A stretch of 64,000 bases of DNA from an uncultured Clostridia bacterium (GCA_947625115.1 CANQND010000004.1:3338-67337); one strand, 5' to 3'; shown: positions 35,356-44,643, counted from the first letter of the stretch. Program-made: numbers and translations. The notes: generated from the sequence alone by a model not told the origin.

Positions 35356-35871
35356 ATGAAAAGACGTTTTGTTGCTATTTGCGTATGTTTGATTTCGCTG
35401 TGCGTAGCCCTTGCGGGTTGCGACGGCGTTTTTCCGTACGCAGACAAAACCGTTCCAAACTTACAGCCGAAGTACTTTACCGTTTATGTGTGCGGTGCCG
35501 TCAAAAACGAGGGTTACATAACGGTAGAAGCGGGAACGGGTTACACCGAAGTGTTTTTCCGCGCGGGGCTTTTGCCGCAAAGCGCGTTGCCGCTGTACTA
35601 CACCGACACGGTGGAGCAGGACGGCGAAATAGCGGTGGGCTACTACGAGAACGGCGAAAGGCGTTATTGTCTGGACGTAAACGGCTATGCCGTTGTCAAC
35701 CGCGATCACAGCGAAGATATTCCCGACGAAGTGATAAACCTGATTGCGGACTACATTCAACTGCACGGAAAGATACGCAACAAATTGCAACTCGACGAGT
35801 TGCTCGGCAGCTATTCCCAAGATTACTTGTACAAATTTTTTGTGGCGAGGCAGGACTATGCGATGGGTTAA
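35356..35871 (+). CDS. ComEA-like lipoprotein (SLBB domain + degenerate HhH)
   Basis: Lipobox LAGC. VYVCGAVKNEGYITVEAGT (SLBB-like). C-terminal IPDEVINLIADYIQLHGKIRNKLQLDELLG resembles the ComEA HhH region. Its position is upstream of comEC. Confidence 0.6.
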   Translation: MKRRFVAICVCLISLCVALAGCDGVFPYADKTVPNLQPKYFTVYVCGAVKNEGYITVEAGTGYTEVFFRAGLLPQSALPLYYTDTVEQDGEIAVGYYENGERRYCLDVNGYAVVNRDHSEDIPDEVINLIADYIQLHGKIRNKLQLDELLGSYSQDYLYKFFVARQDYAMG

Positions 35872-37996
35872 TCCGAGGTTGCCCGTTGTAGCCGCGATTG
35901 CCTTTGCGGTGGGGATATTTGCCTTTTACGAATTGCTTTTTGCAAGGTTTTACGTTGCGGCGATAGCGGCGGCATTGCTTGCGGTTGTGTTGCTTTTCGG
36001 CATAATAAAGCGAAATGGGGTATGGAAAATTGCAACCGTAGCTATTGTTTTTGCCCTTGCGGGGGCTGGCGGGGCAACGTTGTGTTACCGCAGTACCGTA
36101 GCGAACGAGGTGTACCCCAAGCAGGTTGTTTTGACGGGCAGAATTACCGATTTGCGCTTTAACGGCGACGACGTGCCGTACGTGTTTTATCTGGAAGATT
36201 GCGCCGACGAGGAGGGCAACAAGTACGACGGCAAAGTGCGAACGCTGTTTAGCGGCGGCAGTTATCTCAACGTGGGAGATATTGTTACCGCAACGGGTTT
36301 TGTCAGTTCGGTCTATCCCGTCAAGGGCGAAGTGAACACCTTTGAACTGCGCAACAAAGTGCGCTACGAACTCAACGATTCCCGATTGCTGAACGTTGGC
36401 GGCGGCAAAATGAAAGCGGACGAAACGATACGCAAGTACATCTACGACGTAACTTTCAACTATATGCCCGATAGCAACGGTTTGCTCTACGCTTTGCTGA
36501 CGGGCGATCGCAACGCCGTAACGGATAACGAACAATGGGCTTTCGGCAGGGCGGGGATAGTACACTTGCTTGCGGTGAGCGGTCTGCACGTCGGGTTTAT
36601 CGCCTCGTTGTTTGGTTTGTTGCTAAGGCGTTTTCGTCTGCGCCCTTGGATAGAGGGGCTGATAGTGATCGTTCCCTTGCTGGGTTACGCCTATATTTGC
36701 GGGTTTTCTCCGTCGGTCACGCGCGCGGTCGTTATGCTCGTTTGCGGATATATTTGCAAAACGATGTGCGGCAGGTACGATATGCTTTCGTCAACGGCTT
36801 GGGCGGCGTTGACGGTGTTGGCTATACGTCCTTTCGATTTGTTCGATTACGGTTTTCAATTGTCTTTTATGTCGGTTATCGGTATAGCCGCTTTGTACAT
36901 TCCCTTGGAAAGGTTTTTGGTGGCAAAAAACGTAAAACCCATTTGGCGGCGCGTTATCGCCACGTTTGCCGTGTCCGCCTGTTGCGTTGCGGCTACGTTG
37001 TTCGTTATCGTTCTGCACGGCGGCGAAATCGCGCTGTTCGGCGTGTTAGTCAACATAATTGCCATACCCATAGTGTCCGTAGCGTTTGTGTTGGGCATTT
37101 TCGGTTTGTTGCCGTGGGTGTTCCATTGGCTGTTGTTTGCCTCGGGCGGATTGTTGAGGTTCGTTACGCTGTGCGCCGAAACCGTCGCCTCATCTCCCTT
37201 TGCCGCGGTAAAATTCGACGTCACGGTGTGGGCGGTTTTCCTGCTGATAGCGTTGATGTTTGTAGCGGGCGGCTTTGTCCGCCTTACAAAACTCGGCAAA
37301 AAGATTTTCTATCCCGTGTGTTGCGCGTTGCTTGTTTTGAGCATTGCGGGCGCGTACTTCCCCAAAACGTGCGATAATCGCGCGTTTGTCTTTTCGACGG
37401 AGGGCGACTTTGTTGTGGCGGCAATGTCCGATAAGGGCGAAGCGGCGATAGTGAGCGATTTTTCCGACTACTACGCGGTGAGCGACGCGGCGGACAGGTT
37501 CAAAAACTACAATGCCGAAGTAACGCTGTACATAACGCACCTTTCGCGGGCAAACTGCAATGCGGTAAAAGCAGTGGTAAAACGTTGTAACGTGGTAAAG
37601 GCGTATGTGCAAAACAGCGAAGCCAACGACAGCGTGACGCGTTGGTTGGCAGAGGCGGGCATACCCGTTGTGCGGCAATATCCCAATTCCGAAACGGGCA
37701 ACGGCGTAAAGGTCCGTTCGGTGTTCGACGCCGATTTGGCGGCGGTGACGGTGGAGTTCGGCTCCGCGAATATCTGCATTGCCTACGGTGACGCGCGGCG
37801 TGTTGCGGACGTGTTCGAGATGGGTTTGGGCGCGGATATTTACCTGCTGCCCGAGGTAGGCGAAGCTGTGGAAAACCGCCTCGCGGTTACCGTTACGTCT
37901 TTGCAGTACGCAATCGAAAGCAATTACGGCGCAAATAAGTACGGAAACTTTACAATAATACAAAAAGATGATACAATAAAGTTGAGTTTCAGTTGA
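35858..37996 (+). CDS. comEC: DNA internalisation competence protein ComEC/Rec2 (MBL domain degenerate)
   Basis: LLYALLTGDRNAV and IVHLLAVSGLHVGF competence-domain motifs, many TM helices. Start MRWVNPRL at 35858 overlaps the comEA-like stop by 14 nt. Confidence 0.85.
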   Translation: MRWVNPRLPVVAAIAFAVGIFAFYELLFARFYVAAIAAALLAVVLLFGIIKRNGVWKIATVAIVFALAGAGGATLCYRSTVANEVYPKQVVLTGRITDLRFNGDDVPYVFYLEDCADEEGNKYDGKVRTLFSGGSYLNVGDIVTATGFVSSVYPVKGEVNTFELRNKVRYELNDSRLLNVGGGKMKADETIRKYIYDVTFNYMPDSNGLLYALLTGDRNAVTDNEQWAFGRAGIVHLLAVSGLHVGFIASLFGLLLRRFRLRPWIEGLIVIVPLLGYAYICGFSPSVTRAVVMLVCGYICKTMCGRYDMLSSTAWAALTVLAIRPFDLFDYGFQLSFMSVIGIAALYIPLERFLVAKNVKPIWRRVIATFAVSACCVAATLFVIVLHGGEIALFGVLVNIIAIPIVSVAFVLGIFGLLPWVFHWLLFASGGLLRFVTLCAETVASSPFAAVKFDVTVWAVFLLIALMFVAGGFVRLTKLGKKIFYPVCCALLVLSIAGAYFPKTCDNRAFVFSTEGDFVVAAMSDKGEAAIVSDFSDYYAVSDAADRFKNYNAEVTLYITHLSRANCNAVKAVVKRCNVVKAYVQNSEANDSVTRWLAEAGIPVVRQYPNSETGNGVKVRSVFDADLAAVTVEFGSANICIAYGDARRVADVFEMGLGADIYLLPEVGEAVENRLAVTVTSLQYAIESNYGANKYGNFTIIQKDDTIKLSFS

Positions 37997-39006
37997 GGTG
38001 TAAGTTGATAAAGTTTCTCGAATTGAGGGAAAAGCTTCGCACAAACGAATACGCCGCGCTGTGTTTGTACGGCAACGATCAATGGATAAAGCGCAAGGCT
38101 TTGTCCAACGTGTGCGACGCATACGGCATAAAGGACGACGGCTTCGGAGTGGATCGTATCGAAACGCCCACCGCCGAGAGTATCAGGCTTGCCTGTTTTA
38201 CGCCGTCGATGTTTGCGGAAAAGCGTTTGGTCGTTTGCGAACAGCCCTATTTCCCCGAAAAAAAGGAAGAGGGCTACGGCGACAGGGGCAAGGCGGACAA
38301 AAGAACCGAAAAAGTTGCGGAATTGCGCAAGGAATTGGCAAACGTTCTTTCGCACGCGGACGGCACGTTTTGTTTGGTGTTCTTTGCCGACAGCGACAAG
38401 AATTTCGTAAATATCGACGGGTTGGAAACGGTGGACTGCAACCGTCTGGACAAAGCCAACGTCGTCAAGTGGATAGTGAGCTACGCGCGCAAACAGGGCA
38501 AAACGGTGGACGCCCTTTGCGCCGAACGTATCGCCGCGTACTGCCTCAACGATATGTCCCGCGTGGAAGTGGAAACACAAAAGCTCATCGACCACGGCGA
38601 AATAACGCCCGAAGCGGTGGAGATGTTGGTACACAAAGACGCCGAGTACGCCATTTTCGACCTTTCGGGAGCTATCGCCCGCAAAAACGCCGCCCGCGCG
38701 TTGGAAATCTACCGCGGACTTGTTGCGCGCGGCGAGGACCCTCGCGCTTTGTTCGCGTTGATCTACAACTTCTACCGCCGAGTTTACTATGTGCGCACTT
38801 CCTCTTTTTCCACGGAAGAAATGGCGGCGTATCTCGGAGTAAAGCCCGCCTCGGTGGGTTTTGCAAGAGAAACGGCGGAAAACTACAAACCTATGCAACT
38901 CAAACGCGCATTGGACTTTTTGGCGCAGGCGGACGCCCGTCTGAAAGCCTTTGCAGACGACAACGAAACGATGAATATACTTATTATGCAACTTATTTCG
39001 CTGTGA
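37993..39006 (+). CDS. holA: DNA polymerase III delta subunit
   Basis: ~335 aa alpha-rich protein in the conserved position after comEC. LYGNDQW N-terminus and AIFDLSGAIARKNAARALEIYRGL (delta domain III-like). TTG start at 37993 or 38005. Confidence 0.65.
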   Translation: MRCKLIKFLELREKLRTNEYAALCLYGNDQWIKRKALSNVCDAYGIKDDGFGVDRIETPTAESIRLACFTPSMFAEKRLVVCEQPYFPEKKEEGYGDRGKADKRTEKVAELRKELANVLSHADGTFCLVFFADSDKNFVNIDGLETVDCNRLDKANVVKWIVSYARKQGKTVDALCAERIAAYCLNDMSRVEVETQKLIDHGEITPEAVEMLVHKDAEYAIFDLSGAIARKNAARALEIYRGLVARGEDPRALFALIYNFYRRVYYVRTSSFSTEEMAAYLGVKPASVGFARETAENYKPMQLKRALDFLAQADARLKAFADDNETMNILIMQLISL

Positions 39007-39017
39007 GGTGAGGTGGA

Positions 39018-39542
39018 GTGTTTAACAAACTCAGGCAAAACTACAAACTTTCCGATGTGTTGATACGTATCGCTTTTGTTGCGGCATATATCTTTTACTC
39101 TTGGCAGGAGTGTCTGGCTGCGGCAAATTTGATTCCGACGCAAGTCAGCCTGTCAGTCGGAGCGACGGTATCGGTGGCGTTGATAACGGCGTTGGTAATC
39201 GGTACGGCGTTGATGTTTTTGGTTCCGTTCGTTACCAACTTGTTTTTGAACGCGTCGCATTTGCACAACGTGCCTCGCGCGGAGTACGCGCTGTTGGCGC
39301 ACGCGTTTTGTACCATTTACTTTGCCGTGTGCGGCGCATTGCGATTGATAAACCTCGTCACCCCTTTGTTGCTTGTGTGGGGCGGAGTTATCTTCCCCTT
39401 TGTGGTGTCGCTCGGCTGTGTGATATGGTTTTATCACGTAACCTCGCAACTGTACTTTAACGACGTTACTCGTCCGTTTTACTTCCGCGTGGTGGCAATA
39501 GTCTACTTTGTGTGCGCGGTGTTGTTCGGGGTGGTGCTATGA
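39018..39542 (+). CDS. integral membrane protein, unknown function
   Basis: 174 aa, 4-5 hydrophobic helices, GTG start after GAGGTGAGGTGGA. Confidence 0.55.
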   Translation: MFNKLRQNYKLSDVLIRIAFVAAYIFYSWQECLAAANLIPTQVSLSVGATVSVALITALVIGTALMFLVPFVTNLFLNASHLHNVPRAEYALLAHAFCTIYFAVCGALRLINLVTPLLLVWGGVIFPFVVSLGCVIWFYHVTSQLYFNDVTRPFYFRVVAIVYFVCAVLFGVVL

Positions 39543-40768
39543 AAAAATTACTTTTGGTACTGCTCGCGCTTTGCTTGTCGCTTTCGGTGGTGGGAACGGT
39601 CGCCTTTGCCGAACCCGAAACGGAAAGTTCGCCCGTAGGCGCGGAATTGTTGGATACGGAAAACTTTTTGTCCCGTCTGTGCGAACTTAACGGGCAACTT
39701 AACGGCGCGTCCTCTCAAAGCGTAAAAAACGAAATCAAGGAAAATTTGATTAACTTTTTGAAAGAGCAATTTAACTTGGCTGTCGGCGAAGACGTCGCGG
39801 AAGAAAAATATTTTGCCTCAGATACAATATCGGGCTATAACATACAAACGAAGATCGAATCTTCCTCGGAACAATGCGTCATTATCGGCGCGCACTACGA
39901 CGCGGTGGGAGAGGGCGCAAACGACAACGCGTGCGGCGTGGCGGTTATGTTTGAAACGATGAAATATCTTGCCGCGCAAAGCAGTTTGCCGTTCGACGTG
40001 TATTTTGTGGCTTTCGACTGCGAAGAGCAGGGGCTTATCGGCTCTCAACACTATGTAAACGAGCTTACAGCCTATTCCGACGTGTTGGCGATGTTCAATT
40101 TGGACAGCATTGCCGCAGGGAAAAATCTGTACGTTATGTGCGAAAACAAACGTACCGATCTTGCCGATTTGATACTTTCCAAATCGGAAACCCTTGTTGA
40201 AAAGCCTTATGCCGCGGGAGTGTACAACGGCTACGACACATTCGGTTACGGCTACGACGAGTTTGTTCAGGGTAGCGATCACACGCCTTTCCGCCTTGCG
40301 GGCATACCCGTCGCGGTGTTCTTTTCGGGAGAGTACAGCCTGCTCGGTTATGAGGAAAACGCCGAGATGAACACTTCCGCCGACACGCAGGAAAATCTTG
40401 CAAGGATAAACCCCGACTACTTGGCGAGGATATCCGACTTGTCGGACGTTATCGGCGCAACCCTCACGGACGAAAATTTCGTCGCCGTTGCCCAAGCGAC
40501 GCGCGGACAGATGATAAACAACAATGCGGTCTACAACAGGTGGTGGCCCGTCATCGTCCTGTTGGGAACATTGATAATTTTGGCGGTGTGCGCTTGGCTG
40601 TACAGCCGCAAATTGCAAAAGAAAGCTCTGCTCGGACACGCCGAAGTGAAATCTCAAAAGGTGTTCGACAAGCCGAATGCGGAGGATATTTTCTCCTTTG
40701 ACGGCAAGCCCTCTTCCGAGAACAAGGACTCCTCCGACGCAGACGATATATTTACTTTCAAAAACTGA
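39539..40768 (+). CDS. M28-family aminopeptidase with signal peptide and C-terminal membrane anchor
   Basis: IIGAHYDAV, GANDNACGVAVMFE, FVAFDCEEQGLIGSQHYV metal-ligand motifs. ATGA overlap with the upstream gene. Confidence 0.8.
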   Translation: MKKLLLVLLALCLSLSVVGTVAFAEPETESSPVGAELLDTENFLSRLCELNGQLNGASSQSVKNEIKENLINFLKEQFNLAVGEDVAEEKYFASDTISGYNIQTKIESSSEQCVIIGAHYDAVGEGANDNACGVAVMFETMKYLAAQSSLPFDVYFVAFDCEEQGLIGSQHYVNELTAYSDVLAMFNLDSIAAGKNLYVMCENKRTDLADLILSKSETLVEKPYAAGVYNGYDTFGYGYDEFVQGSDHTPFRLAGIPVAVFFSGEYSLLGYEENAEMNTSADTQENLARINPDYLARISDLSDVIGATLTDENFVAVAQATRGQMINNNAVYNRWWPVIVLLGTLIILAVCAWLYSRKLQKKALLGHAEVKSQKVFDKPNAEDIFSFDGKPSSENKDSSDADDIFTFKN

Positions 40769-40786
40769 CCCTACAAAGAGATAACT

Positions 40787-41494
40787 ATGAAACGATCCGA
40801 CAAACGCAAAATTTTGCCCGTGTGGCTTTATATCCTGATATATGCGGGAGTGGTGGCGGCGTGTATCGCGCTGGACCAACTCACCAAGCACTTTATGGAA
40901 CTGCACGACGCCAACGGCGGCGGAGTTATACCCATCATCGGCGATTGGTTGGTAATGAACTTCACCCGCAACGAGGGCGCGACGGGCGGTTTGTTTTCGC
41001 AGTTGAGCTGGCGCAATTGGCTGTTCTTTTTTATGACATTGCTCGGCTTGCCCGTTTTCGGTTGGCTGTGGTGGCGCAGTCGTACCCGCAGTGTGTGGGG
41101 ACAGGTGGCGTTTTCCTTTGTCATCGGCGGCACGATCGGCAACGCTATCGACAGATTGTTCCTTGCGCAACACGGTTTTTTCACGGGCGAAGTGAGAGAT
41201 TTCATTCAGGTAAAACACTTTTTCGGCATATTTAACATTGCCGACAGCTTTTTGGTTGTGGGAGTGATATTGGCGTTGCTTACCATTGTGTTTTTCGATC
41301 CCGATTCGCTGGTGCGGACGATGATAGCCGAACGCAAATCCGCAGGGCAAAAGAGCCAGAAAGAAAACGCCCCCGAACAATCGGACGGGGCAAAAGAGCC
41401 TGCGGAAAACGAAGATAACGCCAAATCCGCCGACGACGAAGAAAGCGCGTCCGCCTCCGAACGGCAAAGTGAGTCCGCCGATGAAAAAGATTGA
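40787..41494 (+). CDS. lspA: lipoprotein signal peptidase II with an acidic C-terminal tail
   Basis: FTRNEGATGGLF and FNIADSFLVVGVILAL motifs. About 70 extra low-complexity acidic residues at the C-terminus. Confidence 0.85.
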   Translation: MKRSDKRKILPVWLYILIYAGVVAACIALDQLTKHFMELHDANGGGVIPIIGDWLVMNFTRNEGATGGLFSQLSWRNWLFFFMTLLGLPVFGWLWWRSRTRSVWGQVAFSFVIGGTIGNAIDRLFLAQHGFFTGEVRDFIQVKHFFGIFNIADSFLVVGVILALLTIVFFDPDSLVRTMIAERKSAGQKSQKENAPEQSDGAKEPAENEDNAKSADDEESASASERQSESADEKD

Positions 41495-42398
41495 ACTTAT
41501 CGCGGAAACAGACTCGCGCAGATTGGACGTGTTTTTGGCTGAAAACACTTCGTTGACGCGCAATCACGTGCAGAGGCTAATAGATTCGGGCAACGTCGCC
41601 GTAGACGGAAAAACCGTCTGCAAAGCCTCTTCCCCCGTCAAGGAGGATAGCAAGGTGAGCGTTTTGTTGCCCGACGAGATTCCTCTCGACATTCCCGCGG
41701 AGGACATTCCGCTGGACATTGTGTACGAGGACTCGGACCTCGCGGTTATAAACAAACCGCAGGGACTTACGGTACACCCCGCCAACAATGTCTACACAGG
41801 CACGCTCGTAAACGCGTTGCTCTTTCGCATAAAGGACCTTAGCGGTATCAACGGCGTTTTGCGCCCGGGCATAGTCCACCGTCTGGACAAAGACACAAGC
41901 GGCTTGCTCGTCGTCGCAAAAAACGACCGCGCGCATCTGGAACTTCAACGACAGATACAATCCAAAGAATGTCGCCGCATATATGTTGCGTTGTTGGAGG
42001 GCAATTTGCAGGGCGAGGGCTTTGTGGACAAGCCGATAGGGCGTTCGCGTACGGACCGCAAAAAAATGGACGTAACGGAAAACGGGCGCAACGCGCTCAC
42101 TTTCTACAAGGTTTTGGAGCAGTTCGGCGATTACACTTTGGTGCAGTTTGAACTCAAAACGGGGCGCACTCACCAGATACGCGTTCACGCCAAATATCTC
42201 GGACACCCCGTTGTGGGCGACAAAACTTACGGCTATGCAAAATGTCGTTTCGCGCTCAAAGGACAACTGCTACACGCGCAAACGCTTGTTTTCACGCACC
42301 CGTCTACGGGGCAGACGATGAGTTTTTCCGCGCCTTTGCCCGACTATTTTGAAAAGACACTTGCGGCGTTGCGCAACAAAAACAGAGGTAAACTATGA
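41481..42398 (+). CDS. rluD: RluA-family 23S rRNA pseudouridine synthase (RluD-like)
   Basis: S4 domain (RLDVFLAE), VHRLDKDTSGLLVVAK catalytic Asp motif, TGRTHQIRVH. Start MKKIELI at 41481. Confidence 0.9.
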   Translation: MKKIELIAETDSRRLDVFLAENTSLTRNHVQRLIDSGNVAVDGKTVCKASSPVKEDSKVSVLLPDEIPLDIPAEDIPLDIVYEDSDLAVINKPQGLTVHPANNVYTGTLVNALLFRIKDLSGINGVLRPGIVHRLDKDTSGLLVVAKNDRAHLELQRQIQSKECRRIYVALLEGNLQGEGFVDKPIGRSRTDRKKMDVTENGRNALTFYKVLEQFGDYTLVQFELKTGRTHQIRVHAKYLGHPVVGDKTYGYAKCRFALKGQLLHAQTLVFTHPSTGQTMSFSAPLPDYFEKTLAALRNKNRGKL

Positions 42399-43231
42399 AC
42401 AACTTGCTTTCTTTGAACGACCTCACTCGCAGTGAGTTGCAACAAATTTTGGATATGGCAATGCAAATGCGGCGTATCGCGCTTGCCGACTACAAAAAAA
42501 GCCCTCAATTGATAGGGCGCATTGTGGGCGGCGTTTGGGAAAAACCCTGCCTTTCCGGCAACGCGTTTCAGCTTGCCACGGCGTATCTTTCGGGTACGTG
42601 CATACCGATATTCGGCGCGGAGGACGAGTTGGCGCAATGTCTGAGCTTGTCCAATATGGGCGCAAACGTGTTGGTTGCGGCTTGCGACAACGAAAACATT
42701 ATCAAAACGCTGTCCCTGCGCAGTAGGGCAAGCGTAATCAACGGCGGCTCGGCTAAGCACGACCCGATAGGCGTGTTGGCGGATATGTTGACGTTGTACA
42801 CCAAGTTGGACGGTTTGACCAATTTGAACGTGTTGGCTGTGGGCAACAGAGATGTAAACAAAGTGGAAGAACTTTCGCACTGTTTGCAGTTGTTCGGTTC
42901 TACGCTCGTTTGGTATCTCCCCTCGGACGATGTTGTAACAACTCGGCGCGGAATTGTTCTCGACAACGCCAAAGCGGCTTTTTCGGGGGCGGACGCGGTG
43001 TTGGATCTGGGCTTGACGCCCTTTTCCGACGGCGAAAGATACTACGGTAGCAACGCAGGCATTACGCGCGAGTTGATGGAGTCCGCTCGTGTAAACTGCC
43101 CTTTGCTTGGAAGTTCCTTTATCGTGGAGGGCGCGTTGCTCAAAGAATACGAACACAACGCCGTTGCTTCGCGTGACAGCTGTTACGTTTCCGTGGCGAT
43201 GGCGGTACTGTATATGCTCCAACGCAAATAA
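42395..43231 (+). CDS. aspartate/ornithine carbamoyltransferase-fold protein lacking catalytic motifs
   Basis: Collinear with PyrB, but STRTR is replaced by CLSGN, HPTQ by HDPI and HP-P by CPLL. ATGA overlap with rluD. Confidence 0.55.
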   Translation: MNNLLSLNDLTRSELQQILDMAMQMRRIALADYKKSPQLIGRIVGGVWEKPCLSGNAFQLATAYLSGTCIPIFGAEDELAQCLSLSNMGANVLVAACDNENIIKTLSLRSRASVINGGSAKHDPIGVLADMLTLYTKLDGLTNLNVLAVGNRDVNKVEELSHCLQLFGSTLVWYLPSDDVVTTRRGIVLDNAKAAFSGADAVLDLGLTPFSDGERYYGSNAGITRELMESARVNCPLLGSSFIVEGALLKEYEHNAVASRDSCYVSVAMAVLYMLQRK

Positions 43232-43304
43232 ATTTGCCCAAACCATTGACAATTTTTACAATTGGGAATATCATATATCTGTAATAACTCGGGAGGAAAA
43301 ATTT

Positions 43305-43643
43305 ATGAAATACTGCACTCATTGCGGAGCGGAATTGATGGACCAAGCGGTCATTTGCCCCAATTGCGGAAGTTCGGCTCCTCAAAGCGACTCCAACGGC
43401 GGCACCATTCGCAGCGAAAGCTGGAACGTTATGTGTATTGTCGGATTTATTTTGTCTTTCTTCGTGTCCATAGCGGGCTTGATCGTTTCCATTATCGGGC
43501 GTAGGCAAGCTCTTCAAAACGGCGAAAAAGGCAAAGAAATGGCTCTTGCGGGCATAATTATTTCTGCGATAAGCATTGCGGCAACCGTAATCGGAGTAGT
43601 AAGTTATGTCGCTATTATTTTTATGGCAATAGGCTTAGCGTAA
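43305..43643 (+). CDS. zinc-ribbon + DUF4190-like small membrane protein
   Basis: MKYCTHCGAEL...CPNCG followed by two TM helices. GGGAGGA RBS. Confidence 0.7.
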   Translation: MKYCTHCGAELMDQAVICPNCGSSAPQSDSNGGTIRSESWNVMCIVGFILSFFVSIAGLIVSIIGRRQALQNGEKGKEMALAGIIISAISIAATVIGVVSYVAIIFMAIGLA

Positions 43644-43910
43644 ATAACGCGACATAGCCGATTGCGGCAAGAACCTCGCGCACGTGCGAGGGCAAAAAGA
43701 GTTTTGCAAACAGGCGGTTTGGCGGTTGCCGAACCGCTTTTTCTATCGAACAAACGCCCCCGCCGTTCCACTCACCGACCGCTTGTCGCTCGGGTATTCT
43801 GCCAAAAAAGGCTTCGCTTCGGTCGGCGTTAAGTTGTGTGGGAGGGGCTACGGTTCGCGTATTCGCCGCAAAAAGGCTTCGCTTCGGGTGGCGGTTGCAG
43901 CAGTTAAAAA

Positions 43911-43964
43911 ACCGTCCCCGTCACGGCAAAATGGGTCCCCGCGCAAGTATTAGCGTACTTGCGG
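43911..43964. repeat. intergenic mosaic repeat, module B (copy 1)
   Basis: ACCGTCCCCGTCACGGCAAAATGGGTCCCCG + hairpin CGCAAGTA-ttagcg-TACTTGCG. Second copy at 54464-54519 has the same stems and a different loop. Confidence 0.8.
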
Positions 43965-43987
43965 TAAGAAGTGTTCTTTCAAACCTT

Positions 43988-44092
43988 CCCCGTCACGGCA
44001 ACGCCGTTACGGGGAAGGGGGACCGCCGTTAGGCGGTGGAAGAGGAATATCCGAAACAAATTTTCTCGCCGCCCTCGTTGCAGATTATTTTG
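43988..44092. repeat. intergenic mosaic repeat, module A (copy 1)
   Basis: CCCCGTCACGGC-aacg-CCGTTACGGGG, ACCGCC-gtta-GGCGGT, GGAAGAGGAATATCC, ...CGCCGCCCTCGTTGCAGATTATTTT. Confidence 0.8.
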
Positions 44093-44241
44093 CGGCAAAC
44101 ACGCTCACCAGCCCCAACAAAAAGATAAACTCACGCCGCCCTCGTTGCAGATTATTTTTGGTCGAACACCCTCACTCCCTGTGTTACAAGGTCCCCGCCC
44201 ACCCACCCCTGTTTGCGGGGAACAAGTTGTCAACTGTGTAC

Positions 44242-44352
44242 AAGGCTTCTCTTGACGACGCAAGAGCGCGCCACGAAAAGCAAACGTGTCCTGTGGACAC
44301 TCTGCCGTGAGCGCGGGCAAGTTGGGGCTTTCCTAACGCCCCAACGCAGTCG
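44242..44352. repeat. intergenic mosaic repeat, module C (copy 1, ~111 nt)
   Basis: AAGGCTTCTCTTGACGAC...GTGTCC-tgt-GGACAC...TTGGGGC-n7-GCCCCAACGCAGTCG. About 6 mismatches to 54197-54307 in my manual alignment. Confidence 0.85.
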
Positions 44353-44362
44353 GGACTACGAA

Positions 44363-44422
44363 GTGGTGGAAGAGGAATATCCGCAACCGACTTTCTCGCC
44401 ACCCTCGTTGCGGATTATTTTT
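44363..44422. repeat. intergenic mosaic repeat, module A (3' partial copy)
   Basis: GTGGTGGAAGAGGAATATCCGCAACCGACTTTCTCGCCACCCTCGTTGCGGATTATTTT. Confidence 0.75.
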
Positions 44423-44578
44423 CGCTAAATAATCGCACATCTCCGCGCGAGGTGATAAGATGTCGGTTTCCTTTTTTACACTCCGATATTTCTTGCAAAA
44501 GCAAATTTTCAGTTTTCAGAAAGCCCTCTTGTCTACGCGGCGTTCGTAAAAATTGTACGAAAAAATTTACTTAATCTA

Positions 44579-44607
44579 TTGACATTATTTTGATAGCATA
44601 CTATAAT
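44579..44607 (+). promoter_or_regulatory. consensus sigma70 promoter
   Basis: TTGACA, 17 nt, TATAAT upstream of the TerB-like gene. Confidence 0.65.
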
Positions 44608-44643
44608 GTTTATATCAAAAAAAACTAAGGAGATGTAAAATTT

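Noticed and set aside
41290-41494. Acidic ~70-residue C-terminal tail on LspA overlapping the rluD start
   Set aside because: This is a low-complexity extension of uncertain significance. The gene overlap is the common short type, so I did not pursue it as a finding.
39818-41563. 581-aa minus-strand ORF
   Set aside because: Antisense shadow of the M28 peptidase and lspA genes, with low-complexity R/G/F composition.
43684-44428. Several 60-95-aa ORFs inside the repeat array (43684-43953, 43838-44032, 43971-44255, 44213-44428, and similar ORFs at 45226-45489, 54027-54314 and 54484-54733)
   Set aside because: The homologous repeat copies are read in different frames at different loci, there is no RBS, and the sequences are dominated by hairpin arms. 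I treat them as non-coding repeats.
43900-44430. A CRISPR array as an explanation for the recurring motifs
   Set aside because: The repeats are of several different kinds and lengths, are irregularly spaced with no unique spacers of constant size, and there are no cas genes in the window.
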